DNA of 64,000 bases, from contig NW_024704743.1 of assembly GCF_018977255.1 (NCBI RefSeq), positions 14,076,001 through 14,140,000 on the forward strand, given 5' to 3'. Below the pieces are notes generated by a model that was given only the letters and a program-made list of their open reading frames with translations, was not told the DNA's origin and searched no databases. Shown piece by piece: positions 62,660-64,000 of the stretch. Each line of letters opens with the position of its first letter. Within the stretch, counting starts at the first letter, position 1. The position numbers were made by a program, and so were the translations under genes. This stretch comes from Callorhinchus milii. Taxonomy: Eukaryota.

Positions 62660-63570
62660 TTCATACATTAGAATATACAGCACAGAAACAGGCCATTCGG
62701 CCCAACTGGTCTATACCGGTGTTTATGCTCGCCTTGCCTCCTCCCTTTCCTCCTTCAAGGCCGGTCTCAAGGCCTTTCTCTTTGACCGAGCCTTCAGCTC
62801 CCTCTCGACTCTCTACCCCCTCCTCGCTCCCTCCCTTCCCTCCCTCACCCTGACCATTTCCCCCCTCCTCGCTCCCTCCCTTCCCTCCCCTCACCCTGAC
62901 CATTTCCCCCCTCCTCGCTCCCTCCTTTCCCTCCCCTCACCCTGACCATTTCCCCCTTGCTCGGGTCCTGACCCAACTGTGCAGCGCCTTGGGACGTCCT
63001 CCCGACGTGAAAGGCGCTCAATAAAAGGAATCTTGTTGTTGTTGTTGTATGCTCCACATGAGCTCCTTCTGCTCTTCCTCAACTAAGCCTTCAAGCATAA
63101 CCTTCTCTTCCTTTCTCCCTCATGTACTCTAGCTCCAGCTTTCCCTTAAATACATCCATACTATTTGCCTCAACAACTCCTTGTGGTACCACATTCCAGG
63201 ATTATTATTACTCTCTGTGTAAAGAAATTTCTTCTAACTTCCCTATTCGATCTATTTGTGTCTGTTTTATATTGATGGCCCCTGGTTTTGGTCTCCCCAC
63301 AAGTGGAAACATCTTCCCTATGTCTACCCTATCAAAACCTTTCATCATTTTAAAGACCTCTATCAGGTCACCCCTTAACCTCCTCTTTTCAAGAAGAGTC
63401 CAAGTATGTTCAGCCTTTCCTGATAGGTATAACCTCTCAGTTCTGGGATCGTCCTTGTGAATCTCCTTTGCACCCTCTCCAGTGCCTCTATATCCCTTCT
63501 ATAATGTGGGGACCAGAACTGCACTCAGTGTTCTAAGTGCGGTCTAACCAATGTCACGTACTCATTGACC
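62660..63570 (-). mobile_element. CR1-type LINE 3' fragment interrupted by an L2 copy
   Basis: LVRPHLEH remnant; 3' UTR ACAGCACAGAAACAGGCCATTCGGCCC; similar decayed copy near 22740. Confidence 0.75.
62731..63047 (+). mobile_element. Young 5'-truncated L2 with TSD and an internal ~45-bp x3 C-rich repeat
   Basis: TATGCTC at 62724-62730 and 63048-63054; perfect stem-loop tail; repeat at about 62816-62955. Confidence 0.9.
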
Positions 63571-63639
63571 TTCTCCTGAGATGTCTGTGTCCGTCTTCTG
63601 TTTTTCCCAAATCTTAAACATTTAGGCATCCATAACTTC

Positions 63640-63960
63640 ATTATAATAATAATAATAATAATCCTTGCATTTGATATAGCGCTTTTCACGTCGGGAGGAG
63701 GTCCCAAAGCGCTTCACAGAACACACTGTAAAGTGAATTGACTGTATATTTGTGGGCGAACGCGGCAGCCAATTGCGCACAGCAATGTCCCACAAACAGT
63801 CGTAGAATGAAAATGACCAATCTATTATTGTTTTTTGTTTTTGAAGGGATTATTATTAGGCGTGTGGAGTAAGGAAACTTGCCCAAGGTTTCGCCCTGTG
63901 CTTGGAATTGAACTCAGGTCTCTCGCTTGCAAAGCGAGTGCACTAACCACTGAGCTTATT
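63640..63960 (-). mobile_element. tRNA(Ala)-headed SINE, family A
   Basis: Reverse complement AGCTCAGTGGTTAGTGCACTCGCTTTGCAAGCGAG...GAGTTCAATTCC; (ATT)n tail. Confidence 0.88.
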
Positions 63961-64000
63961 CCTTAAATCTAAATCTAGTCCAGTGATTAGTTCTGCAAAT

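Overview
Vertebrate genomic DNA; the repeat landscape (young L2-clade LINEs, CR1 fragments, Deu-domain and tRNA-Ala-headed SINEs) suggests a cartilaginous fish, possibly a chimaera (inference). Two genes lie tail-to-tail, as they do in human. On +, the 3' part of LRRFIP2 has 13 confident exons from 5320 to the stop at 30372; its 5' exons lie upstream. On -, MLH1 exons 2-19 run from 60811 to the stop at 34670, and exon 1 lies beyond the window end. All of these exons were hand-spliced with GT-AG boundaries and consistent phases. Most long ORFs in the ORF track are LINE fragments or simple repeats. The most notable unexplained structures are: a 160-bp, 94%-identical inverted repeat bracketing MLH1 exon 6; an 88%-identical partial copy of MLH1 exon 12 inside an intronic LINE, with potential splice sites (candidate poison exon); a 912-bp solo LTR with a 4-bp TSD, antisense in MLH1 intron 6; a 58-bp hAT-like mini-element with an 8-bp TSD; three tandem 93-nt LRRFIP2 exons with RBFOX motifs and long AG-exclusion zones; and a LINE/SINE 3' stem-loop shared across families. 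None is shown to be functional. Repeat boundaries are approximate, and comparisons with human proteins are from memory.
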